64,000 nt of DNA, from NCBI RefSeq assembly GCF_009914755.1, contig NC_060930.1, one strand, 5' to 3'. The position numbers were made by a program, and so were the translations under genes. The DNA comes from the human T2T-CHM13v2.0 reference genome, Homo sapiens. The notes below the pieces were generated by a model. It was given only the letters and a program-made list of their open reading frames with translations. It did not search any database and was not told where the DNA came from. Each line of letters begins with the position of its first letter. Position 1 is the first letter of the stretch. Of the stretch, positions 13,159-25,615 are shown piece after piece.

Positions 13159-15224
13159 CACATTTTCTTTATCCATTTTATCTGTTGATGAAAACAGGTT
13201 GATTCCATATCTTGGCAATTGTGAATAATGCTGCAATGAACATAGGATTACAAATATCTTTTGGACATGGTGGTTTCATTTTCTTCATAAATATACACAG
13301 AAGTGGAATTCCTGAATCATATGGCAATTCTATTTTAAATTTTCTAACCAAACTCCATATGTTTTTCATAATGGTTAGACTAATTTACATTCCCATCAAG
13401 TGTACAAGAATTCGCTTTTCTCTACATCCTTATCAACCTTTATTATCTTTTGTCATTTTGACAGCCATTCTGAAAGGTGTGAGGTGATATTTCACTGTGG
13501 TTTTAATTTGCATTTCACTGATGATTACTGATGTTGAGCATTTTTTGAATATGCCTGTTGGCCATTTGTATGTCTTCTTTTAAAAAATGTTGATTCAAGT
13601 CCTTTATCCATTTTTAAATCAAGTTGTTTTCTTGCTACTGGGTTGTTTTTGTTCTTATATTACAGTGTGAATATTAACCACTTATCAAATATATGGTTTA
13701 CAAATGTATGTTCCCCTTTTGAAGGTTTTGTCATTACTTTGTTGATTGTTACCTTTGCTATGTAGAAGCATTTTAGTTTGATGTAATCCCATTTCTCTAT
13801 TTTTACTTTTGTTGCTGTGCTTTGAGGTCATCTCCAAAAATAATCATTGTCCAGACCAGTATGAACAACATGTTCTTCTATGTTTTCTTCTAGTATATGT
13901 ACTGTGTAAGGCTTAAATTTAAATCTTCAATCCATTTTGAGTTTATTCTTATATATGGTGGGAGATAAGCTTCTCATTTCATTCTTCTGCCTGTGAATAT
14001 CTACTTTTCTAACACCATTTATTTAAAAGATTTATTTACTCATTGTGCATTCTTAGCTCCTTTGTTGAAGATCAATAGGACAAAAATGCATGAATTTATT
14101 TCTAGGGTCTCTATTTTGTTCTAATGATCTATGTGTCTGTTTTTATACCAGTTCCATGTTATTTTGACTATTATATTTCTGTAGTATATTTGAATCATAT
14201 AGTGTGATGTCTCCACCTTTGTTCTTTTTGCTTAAGATTGCTTTAGCTATTTGGGGTCTTTTGTAGTCTCATACTAATTTTAGATTTTTTTTCCTATTTC
14301 TATGTAAAATGTTCTTGCAATTTTGATAGGAATTGCATTGAATCTGCAGATCACTTTGGGTGGTATGGACATTTTAACAATATTAATTTTTCCAGCCAAT
14401 GAACATGGGATATCTTACATTTGTTGAGTCGTCTTTAATTTTTTTATCAGTACCTTATAGTTCAGTGAACAAATCTTTCATGTCCTTAAATTTATCCTTA
14501 AGTGTTTTTATAGTATTATAAATTGGATGATTCTCTTTATTTCTTTTTCAAATAGGTTATTGTTAACGTATTCAAACACTACTGACTTGGTATATCGATT
14601 TTGTATCCTACAATTTTACTAAATTCTTTTGTTAGTCTCTACAGGGAATTTTTTGTAATTGTGTGTTTTGATTTCTTTCTCTTAATCTTTTATATATCTG
14701 CCACATATTTTTTCTTTGTGGTTACTATAAGGCTTACATGAAAGATCTTATAGTTTATGACAGTATATTTTAAGCTGGTAACATTTTAACTTCAACCACA
14801 TAAAAAAACTGTACACTTTAAATTCTCCTTCTCCCTATTTTTTTCTTATAGCTGTCACAATTTATGTCTTTATATATTAAGCATATCCATTAACAAACTA
14901 CTATAGTTAAAATTATATTTAATATCTTAACATTCTTACTAGAGTTAAAAATGGTTTATGGACCACCATCACAGTTGTATAGTGTTCTGAATTTGACTAT
15001 TTATTTATTTTTACAATGAGTTTTTTACTTTCATTTATTCTCATGTTGTTAGTTAGCATCTTTTCATTTAAACTTGAAGAACTCCCTTTAGCATTTCTTG
15101 TAATGCAGGTATAGTGGTGATGAATTTTCACAGGTTCTTTTAATCTGGGAAAGTTTTTACCATTCCTTCATTTCTGAAAGACAGTCTTGTTGGGCATAGT
15201 ATTCTTGATTGGCATGGCTTTTTT

Positions 15225-15401
15225 TCCTTTTAAATATATATAAATTTATGAGATATCAGTGCAATTTTGTTAATGTACATGGTACCCATTAAGTAACCTC
15301 TTGAGTCTTCATCCTACTTTGTCACCCTTCCAAGTCTCCATTGTCTATCATTCCACCCTCTATATCCACATATACATGTTATTTAGCTCCCACTTATGAG
15401 T
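15225..15401 (-). mobile_element. Short L1MA 3'UTR fragment inserted in the older L1
   Basis: GTGCAATTTTGTTAATG...CAAGTCTCCATTGTCTATCATTCCAC...TTTAGCTCCCACTTATGAG. Confidence 0.6.
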
Positions 15402-16092
15402 TGGCAAATTTTTTTCTTTAGTAATTTAAAGTCATCATACTACACTCTCCTGGCCTGTAAAAAAATTTCTGCTGGCAAATCTATTTATACAGTCTTATGA
15501 TAATTCCCTTGTATATGGTGAATTGCTGTTCTCTTGCTGCTTTCAAAATTCTCCTTTTGTCTTTGATTTTAAAGAATTCCATTATAATGTATCTCAGAAA
15601 AGAACTGTTTATATTTAATCTTTTTGGGGTCCTTGGGATTCAGGAATATTGGTATTCATTTCCCTCTTCAGATGTGAAAATTTTTCTGTCATTGTTTATT
15701 TAATGACAAAAATATTTCCTTCTTTTTATTCTTCTCTTTGCTCCCTCAGTGGCTCCCATAATGTGTCTGTTGGTTGCTTGATGGTGCCCCGTAAGTCCAA
15801 TAAGCTTTCTTCACCCTTTTTTATTTACTTTTTTATGCTTCTCTAATTGAAAAAATTCAAGTAACCTCTCTTCAAGTTCATTGATTCTTTTTACTTTTGC
15901 TTGATTAAGCCTGTTGTTGAAGCTCTCTATGGAATGTTTCAGTTTAGCCATTGAGATTTTTAGCTCCAGAATTTCTTTTTGCTTCTTTATGGTTGCTATT
16001 TCTTTGTTCAACTTTGCATCTTGTTTGTGCATTGTTTTCCTGATATCATGTAGTATCTATCTGTGTTCTCCTGCAGCTGCTTTAGCTCTTTA

Positions 16093-16410
<318 letters not shown>

Positions 16411-16489
16411 TTGCTTTAGCTTTTTAAAGATGATTGTTTTGAATTTTATCAGGCAGCTCATAGATCTTCATTTTTTTAGAATTGGTCAC

Positions 16490-16916
16490 TGATATGGTTT
16501 AGACCTGTGTCCCTGCCCTAATCTCATGTCCAGTTGTAATTCTCAATGTTGGAAGTTAGGCCTGGTGGGAGGTGATTGGATCATGGGGGCAGTTTCTCAT
16601 GAATCATTTAGCACCATCCCTCTTGGTACTGTCCTCACCATTGTTAGTAAGTTCTCATGAGATCTGGTCACTTAAAAGTGTGTGACACCTCCACCCTCTC
16701 TCTCACTCTCTCCTGATCCTGTTTCTGCCATGTGAGATGTCTCATTCTCCCTTTGCCTTCTACCGTGATTGGAAGCTTCCTGAGGCCTCCCCAAAAGCAG
16801 AAGCCACTATGCTTCTTATGCAGCCTATAGAACCATGAGTCAATTAAGGCTCTTTTCTTTATAAATTACCCAGTCTCTCGTATTTCTCTAAAGCATTGTC
16901 AGAATGGCCAAATATA
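16490..16916 (+). mobile_element. MSTA MaLR solo LTR
   Basis: TGATATGGTTT...CTGGTGGGAGGTGATTGGATCATGGGGG...TTTCTTTATAAATTACCCAGTCTC. Confidence 0.9.
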
Positions 16917-17089
16917 GTTATCCATGCTTTATTGTGTTCCTTTGGTGGTGTCATGTTTCCCTGATTTTTAGTGATCCGTATAGTCATGTGTTGATGTCTG
17001 CACATTTGATATAGGCACCTATTCAAGTCTTAACAGACTTGCTTCAGCAAGAAAAGTCAGCTTATCCAGAGATTCTGGGCGGACATTGT

Positions 17090-18420
17090 GGCAGAACCTG
17101 CAGACAGGCTTGATACTGGAGTCCTTGGGTAGGTTGACCTGGTGTCTGAATCAGCAAATGGGCAGGCCTAGTGTCTGAGTCCACTGGGTCTTGCCTGATG
17201 CCTGGGTCTTCAGGGTTGGGCCTATAGCCTATTTCCACCAGACACTCCTGGAGTTTTAGAGTTTGAGTCTGCCAGGATGGCTCCTGTGGAGACAGGAGCC
17301 TCCCTGGATCCGGAGTCTGCTGGTGTGGATCTGTCCACTGGGTCTGCAGGGATGGTCTTAGAGCCCAGATCCATAGGGGCCAAACTAGCACTGGAGTAGG
17401 CCTTGATCCTGAATTCATGAAGGCCAGACTAGAGGCTGGCTCTGTAAGTGTTAACCTGGAGCTCAGGACCATGGGGGTGATACTGGAGTCTGGGTTTTTA
17501 GGGGCTGGCTCAATGCCAGGGTCTATTGGTACAGGCCTGAAACCTGGATCTGCTGGAGCATGGAACCACAGGAACTTGCCTGGAGCCTGGGGCTACAGGC
17601 GCCAACCTAGCACTAGGTGGGCCTAGAGTGTGCATCCACAGGGGCCAGATTACAGCTGGAGTTTGGGGCTAGAGGAAATCACATGGTGTTGAGCTGGTCT
17701 GGAGCCTGAGGTGGGCCTGAAGACTTTGGCAGCTGGGGCTGGGCTCTGGACTGGTGTTAGGGTAGACTCAGAGTATGTTGTCACAGAGGCTGTCCTGGAT
17801 TCTGGGTTCAGTCTGGAGCCTTGGGTGAGCCTGAGTCCTGGGTCCAAACTCCAGAATCCCAAACTCTTGGATCCTCAGTCGAAACCTCAAACTCCAGGGG
17901 TTTTGGGGGATGTAGCTTTCTACTGCATCTGCAGGGGAAGGCCTAGCAGGGGCGTCCAGGGGAGAGAATACAGTCATGGGTTCTTAGTTTCTGTTACTGG
18001 TTGGGCCAGCAAAGCCCTTTCCTCATGTCTCTTTTCTGTTTATCACTAGAGACAAACTAAAAACTATGGCTTCGTGCTGCTAAAAGTTTAAAACAAAACA
18101 AAACAGAACAACAACAAAATAAGGCTGGTCGGACAATCTCGGCTAGAGCCTAGGTCTTTGTGGGGGTCAGATTAGATCTTGGCACTGTAGGGGCTTACCT
18201 GGTGCTGAAGCTGATCTGGAGCCTGGAACCAAGGGTGCCTAACTGGGGACTCAGACTGCAAGGCCTGCCTCAAGCCTGGGGCAGGCTTGAAGTACACAGG
18301 GCCCACCATGAGATGTGGCATCAGAACAGGCCTGCATCTGAAGGTGCCAGTCTGGAGCCTGGGGTTGTGGGGGCCAGTCTGGAACCAGGTTTCAAAGGGT
18401 AGGCCTGGTTCTGGGGTCCA
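17090..18420. repeat. Degenerate GC-rich tandem array in the L1M 5' region
   Basis: Recurring units like GGAGCCTGGG-N-CACAGGGGCCAG-CCT, CpG-depleted. Confidence 0.6.
17947..18141. mobile_element. MER30-family hAT MITE (MER30B-like)
   Basis: Termini CAGGGGCGTCCA and TCGGACAATCTCG resemble MER30 TIRs; internal GGTTCTTAGTTTCTG...AAAACAAAACAAAACAGAACAACAAC. Confidence 0.6.
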
Positions 18421-18929
18421 CAGCAAAGTCAGATGCTCGCTTCTCTCTCCTTCCCAAACTCAGAGTGTCTATCTCTCTGTACTGTGCTAACTAGGTTTAG
18501 GGGAGGAGGAATGTGAAACTGCCCTTTCCACAATGTGAAACTATCCTTTCCATCCTTCAATATATCTTTTAAAAAATTTCTATAATACACCTAAGTGCTA
18601 CAATCTCTCACCTGGATGCCTCAGCTCTTGTGAAGGTATTTTTGTGCATGGATAGTTGTTAAAATTGATGGTTCTGTGAGGGGACCAGCAATGGAAAGTC
18701 CTATTCTGCCATTTTGCTGATGTCACTACAGCCTGGCCTTCATTTTTTTAGAATTCTGAGGGTCAGGGTTACCTGAAAAAATCTTGTATCTATTTAAAAT
18801 CTTAGACTTTCGTACTAGTTATTTCTATCTAAAAAATAGAATTGGTTTACCTTATATCTTTTTAACATGTTAAACATTTTCAAAAGTCAGTATAAGTGCC
18901 AGAATAGTGCATCTTACATGTGTCAGATT

Positions 18930-19160
18930 TACTCACTCCACAAAAATAATACTGTGTACTCTTGTGAGCCAGGTGCTCTTCCAGGTGTTGAGAATAAACA
19001 AAATCGACAAACAAGTAAGAATCCTTGCCCCAAGGTACCTTACATTTGAGAGGTAAGGGACATGAAATAAATAATATACTTGCAAATATGTAGACTGAAT
19101 ATTAAAAAGTGAAAAATAAATCAAGTTAAAGGTGACAAGAAATGCCAAAACTCAGGGGTA
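18930..19160 (-). mobile_element. L2 3' fragment
   Basis: TGTGAGCCAGGTGCTCTTCCAGGTGTTGAGAATA...CCTTGCCCCAAGGTACCTTACATT. Confidence 0.6.
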
Positions 19161-20111
19161 GAGTGAGAACAAAATGTTATATTTTGAGATACAATGATCA
19201 CTGATAGGTTAAAAAAAATGGTTGTATGATTTCCGTAGTTTTGCTCCTTATATATAAACACTTCTACATTAAAAACTCCAAAGAAAAACCTAACTCTAAG
19301 CTCCATTTCCTTGAGCTTATGGCACATTGTCTTTCCTTTCCTTCAATGTCAGGTTTTATAAATACAAATCCACATACAGTCCATGTCTATTTCCTCACTT
19401 CCCATTCCCTCTTGCAATGTGATTATCCCCATCTCACCAAGGAAACTGCTCCAGCAAGATTATCACTGGCCTCCCAAGGCCTGACTGCCTGACAAGAGCT
19501 TTGTGGTTCTTGTCACCACTGATCACTCCCCACTGAAATTCTCTCTTATGACTCCCATACATGTTCTCTTACTTCTCCATCCCTGCTGACCTGTTTTCTC
19601 ACATTTCTTTACAGATTCTTCACCCACTAGTGCCATACCATGGGCTTTTTAGAGCTGAGCAAGGATTAAAGTACTGCTAAATTAAAAAATGGAAGGCCTT
19701 ATTAACAGGGAAGACAGACATCAGTTTTCTCTACAGACAAATTAAAAATTTTCCTCAGAGTAATACACAGAAGAAAGAGGATTTATCTGCATAGCTCCTC
19801 ACACCTCCCAGTCTTCATTCATCAAAATGCTGAGGGTACTGATCTTGAACTGCTTGGTGGCATCATCCAGCCTTTAATAGGCCACCTTAGTCATTTGTCA
19901 TCTATTCCATCTTTGATGCTGCAATCAGAGTGTTCTTTCTCAAATAGAACTACAGCATTGTTCTCCCTGCATAAAATCCTTCAGAGACTTGATTGCTAGT
20001 GTCAATATTGCCTGACCTGTGGTCCAGTTCAAGGCATTTCCTGACATGCACATTTTGCTCCAGCCAAGTTTTTTAAGGGTGGAGATGTTGTGTAGAATCT
20101 AAGGTCTAGAT

Positions 20112-20441
20112 CAGGGGTCAGTAAATCTGGCCCACTGCCAAAAAAAAAAAAAAGAAAAAAAAAAAGATACAGGGTCTCAACCATATGTTGCCCAGGCTGG
20201 ACTCAGACTTATGGACTCAAGCAATCCTCCAGCACCCCACTACCTTTTTATGTGTAGCCTTTGAACTAAGAATAATTTTTACATTTTAATGGATTTTTTA
20301 AAAATTCACAGAAAAGCCCTAAGGGGTCTGAACAGCCTAAAGTAATACTATCTGTTTTTTTGTTTGTTTGTTTTGGGTTTTTTTTTCTTTTTGCTTTTTT
20401 GTTTTTTTTGGTTTTTTACAGAAAAAGCTTGCCAACTTCTG
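20112..20441. mobile_element. MER58B-like hAT MITE containing a FLAM fragment and a T-rich tract
   Basis: Starts CAGGGGTCAGTAAA, has GAACTAAGAATAATTTTTACATTTT internally, and ends TTTACAGAAAAAGCTTGCCAACTTCTG. Confidence 0.75.
20140..20235 (-). mobile_element. Truncated FLAM/Alu monomer fragment
   Basis: ACAGGGTCTC...TATGTTGCCCAGGCTGG...GGACTCAAGCAATCCTCC, flanked by CCCACTGCC and CCCACTACC. Confidence 0.7.
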
Positions 20442-20834
20442 TTCTATCTTACTTTGCTCTGCACCGCTGGGGCAGTCAGGGACCAATTTCCCTAAAAGCA
20501 AGTACAGCAAGCCCTCCAGGGCCTGGCACTGCTGGGCCTGCAGTGTCATCTCCTGTCCCTGTCAATTCCTGCCCTGTGCTCTTACCTTGAGCTTGTCCTA
20601 TTCTTTTGCATTCCATGCCTTTGCCCATACTTTCCACCCTATGTAGGAGGAATGCACATTCCCTAACCCCACTTTGTCTGAAAAACTCCTACTCGGAATT
20701 TAAAACGATGTATTACCTTCTCTGTGAACTAACTCTGGCCTCCCACACCATATCCAAAACAGAGCTACAGCTCTTTTATTTCTATCTGTAACTGTTTCTC
20801 CTACTGAAATCTGAATTTTTGAGTTCAAAATAAT

Positions 20835-21070
20835 ACTAATAATAGTTAACACTTAGCATGTGACAAGATGATTCAATATAATTTACATAAATTAACTCAT
20901 TTTATAATCACAACTTATGAGAGAAGTACTTCTATTATGCCCAGTTTACAGGTGAAAAGAACAAAAATAAAACCAGAAGTACACAGATGTTAAGTCAGTT
21001 GCCCAAGGTCACAGGAGTTTAAATCCAGCCATTCTAGATCCAAAGTCCGCACTCAATCATTCTGCCATTC
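20835..21070 (-). mobile_element. MIR SINE
   Basis: TAACTCATTT...CCAGTTTACAGGTGAAAA...TTGCCCAAGGTCACAG. Confidence 0.75.
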
Positions 21071-21559
21071 TCCTACTCAATAGTAGCTGAATAATAAAAT
21101 AAGGAGATTATGAGTAAAGCTGGATTGAAAAACAGCTTGCTAGTGAAGTCTGAAATGGGCTTTCTATGCTTTGTTAAATTAACCTGCATCATACTCAGAA
21201 AGAGGTGCTATTAGTAAGGCCTGTTCTAAACGGCTTACGGGGCTCACCCTCAGGCCAGGAGGGAGTGAAGATGCAGAGAGCCTGCAAACAGGCAAATCAG
21301 GACAGGGTAAGAAGGGAAAGATGGAATTTCTTTTTTTTAAGATCAGTGTAAACATACAATGATGGAGACGTGTCTGATAGATAAATATAGTTTTATTAAT
21401 AAATAAAAATTAAGGGAATGTGATAATAACTGCAACTTATGGTTGGAAAAGATCTAAGTTCATAGCTAGAAGTCTTCTATATTATTTTGAGAATTGATGC
21501 TATATAATTACTCCAATCACTGACAATTCGCTACCCACCACCCACACCCCAAGGCATTC

Positions 21560-22300
21560 TATTGCAATTTCAAATGGCACAAAGTGTTAGAAAGTTATTT
21601 ACATTGCACTGGTATCTGGCTCTCATTTCGTTTACTCATTTGTACGGTTCTATGGAGACAAAGATAAGATATCTGATCAACTCTTTAATGTGAGAGTTCA
21701 AGATATTAAAGTCAGTCCTAAATTTATTCTGACCTACACTAAAATGTCCCCATTTTCCGCATCGTAAGCCATGATTTCTGGCTTTCTCACTGTCCAGTCA
21801 TTTTCCTCTGGGCCTGAACTCATCTGCCAATGTATCTTTTCTACTCTGTGCTATTCAAAACTTGAGACAATACTGTAGTTTCAAGGTCTTAACAGTGCTG
21901 AGAAGTCTATTACTTCTGCATTAAAGAAGATAGTATTACCTTAACACAACTTATTATCTTATTTTGAAGGATATTATTCATTCATATTAAGCTTCTGGTT
22001 TATTAAAAACCCTTAAGGTGTGTGTGTGTGTTATCTTTTTTTTTTGTCTTTGGTCTGTCTGTGTTTCTATTTATTTTTTAATAATGTTACTGTTCAGCTG
22101 TGACTTACCCAACCTCTAAATGTCAATTATCTGGGGCCTTTTTCAAGAAGCTTATATAGAAAACTACAGATTTACCTGAAATAATTTTATTTTACTATAC
22201 TAACTCACTATTTCAGCCTGTTGAAGGTCATTTAAATTTCTGATTCTATCATATTGGTCATTCCTCCAGCTTCATTTCTCCATTTGTTTATAAACACACG
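21560..22300 (-). mobile_element. L3/CR1 LINE relic
   Basis: TTCAGCCTGTTGAAGGTCATTTAAATTTCTGATTCTATCAT...TCCTCCAGCTT resembles antisense L3 RT. Confidence 0.5.
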
Positions 22301-24559
22301 ATGAATATGCTAATAAATCATTCATTTTCTCATCACAGCTGATGCCTGCTGAAACCTTTCTTTAATCAAGTTTGTGCAACTCTAGAAACCTAAAAGTTAA
22401 GAAATTGTATTTCTTATAAAGAATTCCTAAGGGCCTTAGGTGTCTGACTTTTTAGACTGGCCCCCACCCAATTAGTGTAACTTATTGAAGCTCTTCAGTA
22501 GCTATATTAATGCAATTTGTGAGCAATCTGTAAAGTGATTTTCCATTGCGTCTGGCACTGACAGTTCGCAGAGAGTGTATTTCACTTTCAAATGGTCTGG
22601 TGACAGTTGATAACTGTCATTTAGTCAGACCCTGACTGCATCCCTTGTCTTACAATGAGAGAAGCTCAAAAATGAGGCAATGGAATTGGCCAACAGACTC
22701 TTGGATGTATCCAGAGATAATGAACAGATTATTTAACCTAAGTGTTACTCCTGATATCACTGAGAGTATTAGTCTGATGTATCATTCACTAAAATATGTT
22801 AAATATTTTGAAAATCCTGCTTTCTATTCATAATTTAACCTATATGTTCATTACTTTGACTTTTTTTAGATCTCCTAAACATATACCAGCTAATCTAGTG
22901 GGGAGAGAGCATTTTTCATCCTGTAATAATCATTTTAAACCTACTCTCACAAAGATGAGGAGAGTGTGACAATTCTGAAGGGGCTGGCAGAGGTATACAT
23001 AGCCAAGTTTATAAAATGTTAGTGAAAAATTGATACATCAGTTATTAGTAATTATTTTAAGAATCAATAAATTTTTTAGCACAACTTACAGCATATAAGA
23101 GAACTTGAGGAAGGCACTATAAATAATAAATAAATAAAACATTCCCTACACTCCAAAAGTTCCCAAACTATGAAAACAAAGAAGAGATAAATACTCAGAA
23201 AGTTAATGGTGAAAGAAAATACAATCAATATGGGAATACATCATCTTTGGCACAAAATTAATGGCCAAAGAAGACTCATAGAGGGTTAATGTTATGAGTT
23301 GAGGAGACTGAGTTTGATCAATATGGCAAGACATGTGAGAAGACTGTTATAGGAGAGAAATTATTTGAGCAAGTTTTAGGGGGCAGATGAACTTCATGAA
23401 ATGATAAATTATGTGAGTGAGGACTAATAGAAACTGATCATTTATTTTCTCCAACATTCATTCCTTTATCAACCAATAAATTATTGACTAGAATTGAACA
23501 GACATTTACTCAGCTGTGGTAACAACAAAAGGCCAAGAAGAAATACTCTGTCCTCTAAAGAGAGTAAAACCCCACAGAAAAGAGCAAAGAAATACATATG
23601 TAAAAGACATACAAATAGAATCAAAGATGAAATAATGATTACATAAAAATCTGTATGTTAGTATGGAACCCATAATATCAGTGCTGGACTTAATGTCATG
23701 GTTAATCCAGGTAAGGTTATACTTTATATATTGAGGTTTTACTTGAAATAGTTACATTTAAATTATTCTCAAGATTGGATTGTATGTTATCCAATTTTAA
23801 ATTATTGGAACCAGGTTCTTGCATGATTGTTCATGATTGTTGCTTCATTATCTTTTTCTCAAGAATGGAGAATTTCTCATCATTGTTCTTCTGCCTAGAT
23901 GTGCTTATAAAGCCTTTGTTTCACAGAAACTATATTATGGGCTGTGACCCGTTATGTTCTGTGTTTCAAGAATTCTGATTGTTATTCAAGGGTCTCTTTA
24001 ACATTCTGTATAATGAAGAAGAGTATTACTCTTTAATCATTGCTTGATGGATTATAATCAGCATGTCTAGACAAAGTGAGTTCATGTTTTTCTCCCAGGA
24101 AAATTAGCAAACAACAATTATGCAGCTTGTCCATTTTTTTGCAAGGGAAGCTTCCAGAGTTTCAGTAGCTCAAGCTTTTAGAAGATGACAAATTTTCTGA
24201 CTTTAAACAGCTTCAAGGTAGCCTATATGCGGGTACAAAGTCATTACTACCAATGAGGCTGCTACCTTAAATTTCCTATAGTCTTTTGTATTTTTCTATT
24301 AATAGGAAGAATATCTGGTGTTTAAAAACCTGGGGAATCACCTATTTATGCTGGATGAGCTGCTTCTTTAAGATATTCTTATTTTTTTCCTAGTATTTAG
24401 CTTCACTAATGTACTTAAGGCAGACCAGTGAGATCATTGGGAAAAAAAAAAGTGGTGAATGAATTTTGTCTATACTGAGCTTAGAAATCAATTATTCCTT
24501 CTTTTTTTCATGTGATTAAGATGTGTATGTTTTTGCTAGGATAGTGTGGTTATTATCTG

Positions 24560-24960
24560 TCTTCTGTAATAGTTCAAGGTTCCCAAGATCTCATGTTCTA
24601 AGAGAAAACACAACCATATTAATAAAAAAACTTATGATCCAATGCAGTAGAAGTTATAATAAAAATGTTAATGTTACAATATCTCTGACTGGGACAGTTA
24701 GGAGGGACTTCACAGAGAACAAGACATTTCAAGTGAGCTTTAAAGAGTGAGGAGCTGTTCACCAGGTAAAGAAGAGGAAAAAGGCATACCTAAAAACAAG
24801 GTAAAAGCATACGAAGCCAATAAGAAATGGCAAACCTTGGCCTATTCAGAAAGAAACTAGTATTCTGGTGGGTCCAAACATGTCCTGCTAAAGAACTTAG
24901 AATTTATGCTGTAAGTATAGAGAAGCCAATAAAGGTTTCCGGAAACTAGGTATGATGGAG
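24560..24960 (-). mobile_element. L2 fragment
   Basis: GTTAGGAGGGACTTCACAGAG...GACATTTCAAGTGAGCTTTAAAGAGTGAGGAG. Confidence 0.55.
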
Positions 24961-25179
24961 AAGTATACATAGAAAAATCAGGAAAAATAGATGGGATAGA
25001 CAAAAGCACTTATATGCATATTGATATTTTAACTTTTTACAAAAACGTAATGAATGTTTATGTCATACTTGATCTTCTTTTATAGTCTTTCACCTTGATT
25101 CACGTGACTGATGAAAGATAGATCTTGAAACAAACTGAAAGATCATTTGTTTTAATACACTCATCTCCCAAATAAAGAA

Positions 25180-25615
25180 GCTAAAATAACAAACCATTCC
25201 AAAATTTAGTGGTTTTCAACAATCAGCATTTGTTTAACTCATGAATTTGTGGGTTGGCAGTTCTGCTCTGAATGTTGATTTCGCTGGTTCACTCATGCCT
25301 CTATGTTCAGGTGTCAGGATGATGGGGCTGTGGGTCTAAGACCAGCAGCTGACACTACAGCTTATCTCAAATACACATGGGATCTCCAGCAGGTCAGCCC
25401 TTAGGTTTGTGGCTGGGCTTCATGAAAGACAGAGGAAATGTGCAAGGCCTTCTGGGTCCCAGACTTGAAACCAGTGCAACCTTGCTTCTCCTATTCCATT
25501 GGTCAAACAAGTGACAAGGCCAGCTCAGATTCAAGGGCTGAAGAAATAGCCTTCACCTCCCATCCCTGGATAGGAGGAGATACAAAGAACTATGACTTTT
25601 TTTTCAATCTGCCTG
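25180..25615 (-). mobile_element. Old MLT1 (H-like) solo LTR
   Basis: CCAAAATTTAGTGG...CTATTCCATTGGTCAAACAAGTGACAAGGCCAGCTCAGATTCAAGGG. Confidence 0.7.

Larger units (their letters stand above)
19290..20830 (+). mobile_element. Patchy L2 fragments
   Basis: Pyrimidine-rich L2 sense motifs at about 19300-19620, 19890-20000 (GCAATCAGAGTGTTCTTTCTCAAAT) and 20560-20830. Confidence 0.45.

Noticed and set aside
17062-18490. GC-rich ORF cluster as a CpG island or coding exon
   Set aside because: The region is CpG-depleted, has overlapping ORFs on both strands, and is explained by an L1 5' tandem array
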